NCBI GenBank assembly: GCA_900617105.1
Contig: UYFQ01000672.1
Coordinates: forward strand, 1-34,330
Direction of reading: 5' to 3'
DNA length: 34,330 nucleotides
From: Hydrurus foetidus
Taxonomy: Eukaryota
Positions 33,188 to 34,330 of the stretch are shown in pieces. The position numbers and the translations under genes are program-made. The notes under the pieces were generated by a model. That model was given only the letters and a program-made list of their open reading frames with translations, was not told the origin of the DNA and did no database searches. Position 1 is the first letter of the stretch, and each line of letters starts with the position of its first letter.

Positions 33188-34330
33188 ATGGTGAAGAAGA
33201 ACCCTGTTCAGCCTTTACGGCGTGGATCTAACCCGCAAACAAGGCGGAGAAACCCCTTGATGGAGTCGGAGTATGAGAATTCAACATTGGAAGAAAATTC
33301 TGATTTAACCGCTTCATATGCGGATGATAACCCTGATGATGGAGATATGGACATGGAATCCTTTCCTTCTGATCAACATCTGACTGATCTAGAAGAGTGT
33401 GGAGAGATTCCATACGACGCCCAAAGTCCTTTTCAGGAACTTGTTGAAACCGAACCGTCGATTTCGAGTAGCTCGTCGAGCTCATCCAGCGTCATTGCTG
33501 TACCGCGGACTCCTGAACCTCGCGTTCCCGATCCTACCCTGCTTAACGCAGCAGTCGCACCCATCGTTAGCGATGGAGTATCACGTGAGAATCCACGTGA
33601 GCAACATAGACAGATACCTCTCTCGCCCGTCGTCATCGACGTAGTACCCAACCCACAACCGAATCCTCAGTACAATATGGAACAGGTTACGACGGCGTTG
33701 AAGCAGACAATGACTGGAGGTTTGAACCTACAGAAACCTTTATTCATCATTGACACCCCAGAGATAACTGGAGAACAAGCTGCCCAGTTTCAGAACCAAG
33801 CCAATCAATGGCATGAGAACTTCCTGGTACACCAGGTGGTGGTTAATCCTGCCACCTATGTGGTACAGTATGCGTTTGCGAGCGATCCAGAGTTCACTCT
33901 GATCCCTCCAAGCAAATACTCAACATGGTACAATCATGTTACAGTCAAACAGGCTGCCCAAATCATAACCAAATACTTTGGCGACAGAAATGATATTGGT
34001 AGAACACTCGTTGAGAACTTCTCACGAATTGAAATCTCTTTCTGTTACACCAACGCAGACATTGAGAGAAAATCCTTCATGGCTCTCAAGGCGTTAACAA
34101 TGGTCTATGAGAATACCCAACCGATCACTCCGGCGCAGCATGCTGCACTGATAGTTACGATCGAGAAAAAACTGAAACCGGATAGTCAGCTTAAAAGCGA
34201 CTATTTCGCGGCTCGTGGCAACGAGGGTAAACCTATACCGAACGAAACGTGGGAACAAGCGTTCACTCGTCTTGGTAAATGCATCTTCAATGTTAGGAAG
34301 CTCGTTGAACGAGTTGCTAACTATGGCGAT
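33188..34330 (+). CDS. gag-like ORF, partial (at least 381 codons; not in the ORF track because it has no stop in the window)
   Basis: Manual translation open from 33017 to the end: acidic and Ser/Pro-rich N-terminus, then MEQVTTALKQ...AAQIITKYFG...WEQAFTRLG. Confidence 0.65.
   Translation, partial: MVKKNPVQPLRRGSNPQTRRRNPLMESEYENSTLEENSDLTASYADDNPDDGDMDMESFPSDQHLTDLEECGEIPYDAQSPFQELVETEPSISSSSSSSSSVIAVPRTPEPRVPDPTLLNAAVAPIVSDGVSRENPREQHRQIPLSPVVIDVVPNPQPNPQYNMEQVTTALKQTMTGGLNLQKPLFIIDTPEITGEQAAQFQNQANQWHENFLVHQVVVNPATYVVQYAFASDPEFTLIPPSKYSTWYNHVTVKQAAQIITKYFGDRNDIGRTLVENFSRIEISFCYTNADIERKSFMALKALTMVYENTQPITPAQHAALIVTIEKKLKPDSQLKSDYFAARGNEGKPIPNETWEQAFTRLGKCIFNVRKLVERVANYGD

Larger units (their letters stand above)
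32203..34330 (+). mobile_element. Second, probably Gypsy-like, LTR retrotransposon (5' part) inserted in the Copia-3 integrase
   Basis: Copia homology stops at 32202; candidate LTR TGCAGCC...GGCCACA; leader; long gag-like ORF open to the window end; no pol visible, so the superfamily is inferred. Confidence 0.65.

Noticed and set aside
1..34330. Alternative genetic code as the explanation for in-frame stops
   Set aside because: Stops are sparse, of all three types and accompanied by frameshifts; long ORFs use TGG for conserved Trp, so decay explains them better.

Overview
Eukaryotic window (GT-AG introns; probably a stramenopile, inferred from the CoDi-like Copia RT motifs). It holds two nests of transposable elements flanking one multi-exon exostosin/GT47-like host gene (minus strand, about 16.3-20.7 kb). 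Left nest: a decayed plus-strand Copia gag (10.8-14.05 kb) apparently carries a minus-strand Copia (<1-10794). That Copia's gag is split by a PIF/Harbinger element (3347-9210, TAA TSD), whose accessory ORF is split by a pogo-like element (4547-7416, 71-bp TIRs). Right nest: a minus-strand Copia (3' LTR 21028-21218) is split by a hAT element (21975-25327, 8-bp TSD), by a three-LTR tandem of an internally deleted chromodomain Gypsy (26108-31023), and by another LTR element that runs off the window (32203 onward). Most unusual observations: (i) the pogo-like element appears to have a 4-bp ATCA target duplication instead of TA, supported by reading-frame restoration; (ii) both left Copia elements share an unrecognised domain of about 150 aa downstream of a CCCH finger; (iii) both Gypsy-like families have a perfect 12-bp palindrome where a tRNA primer-binding site should be. 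All alignments and counts were done by eye.
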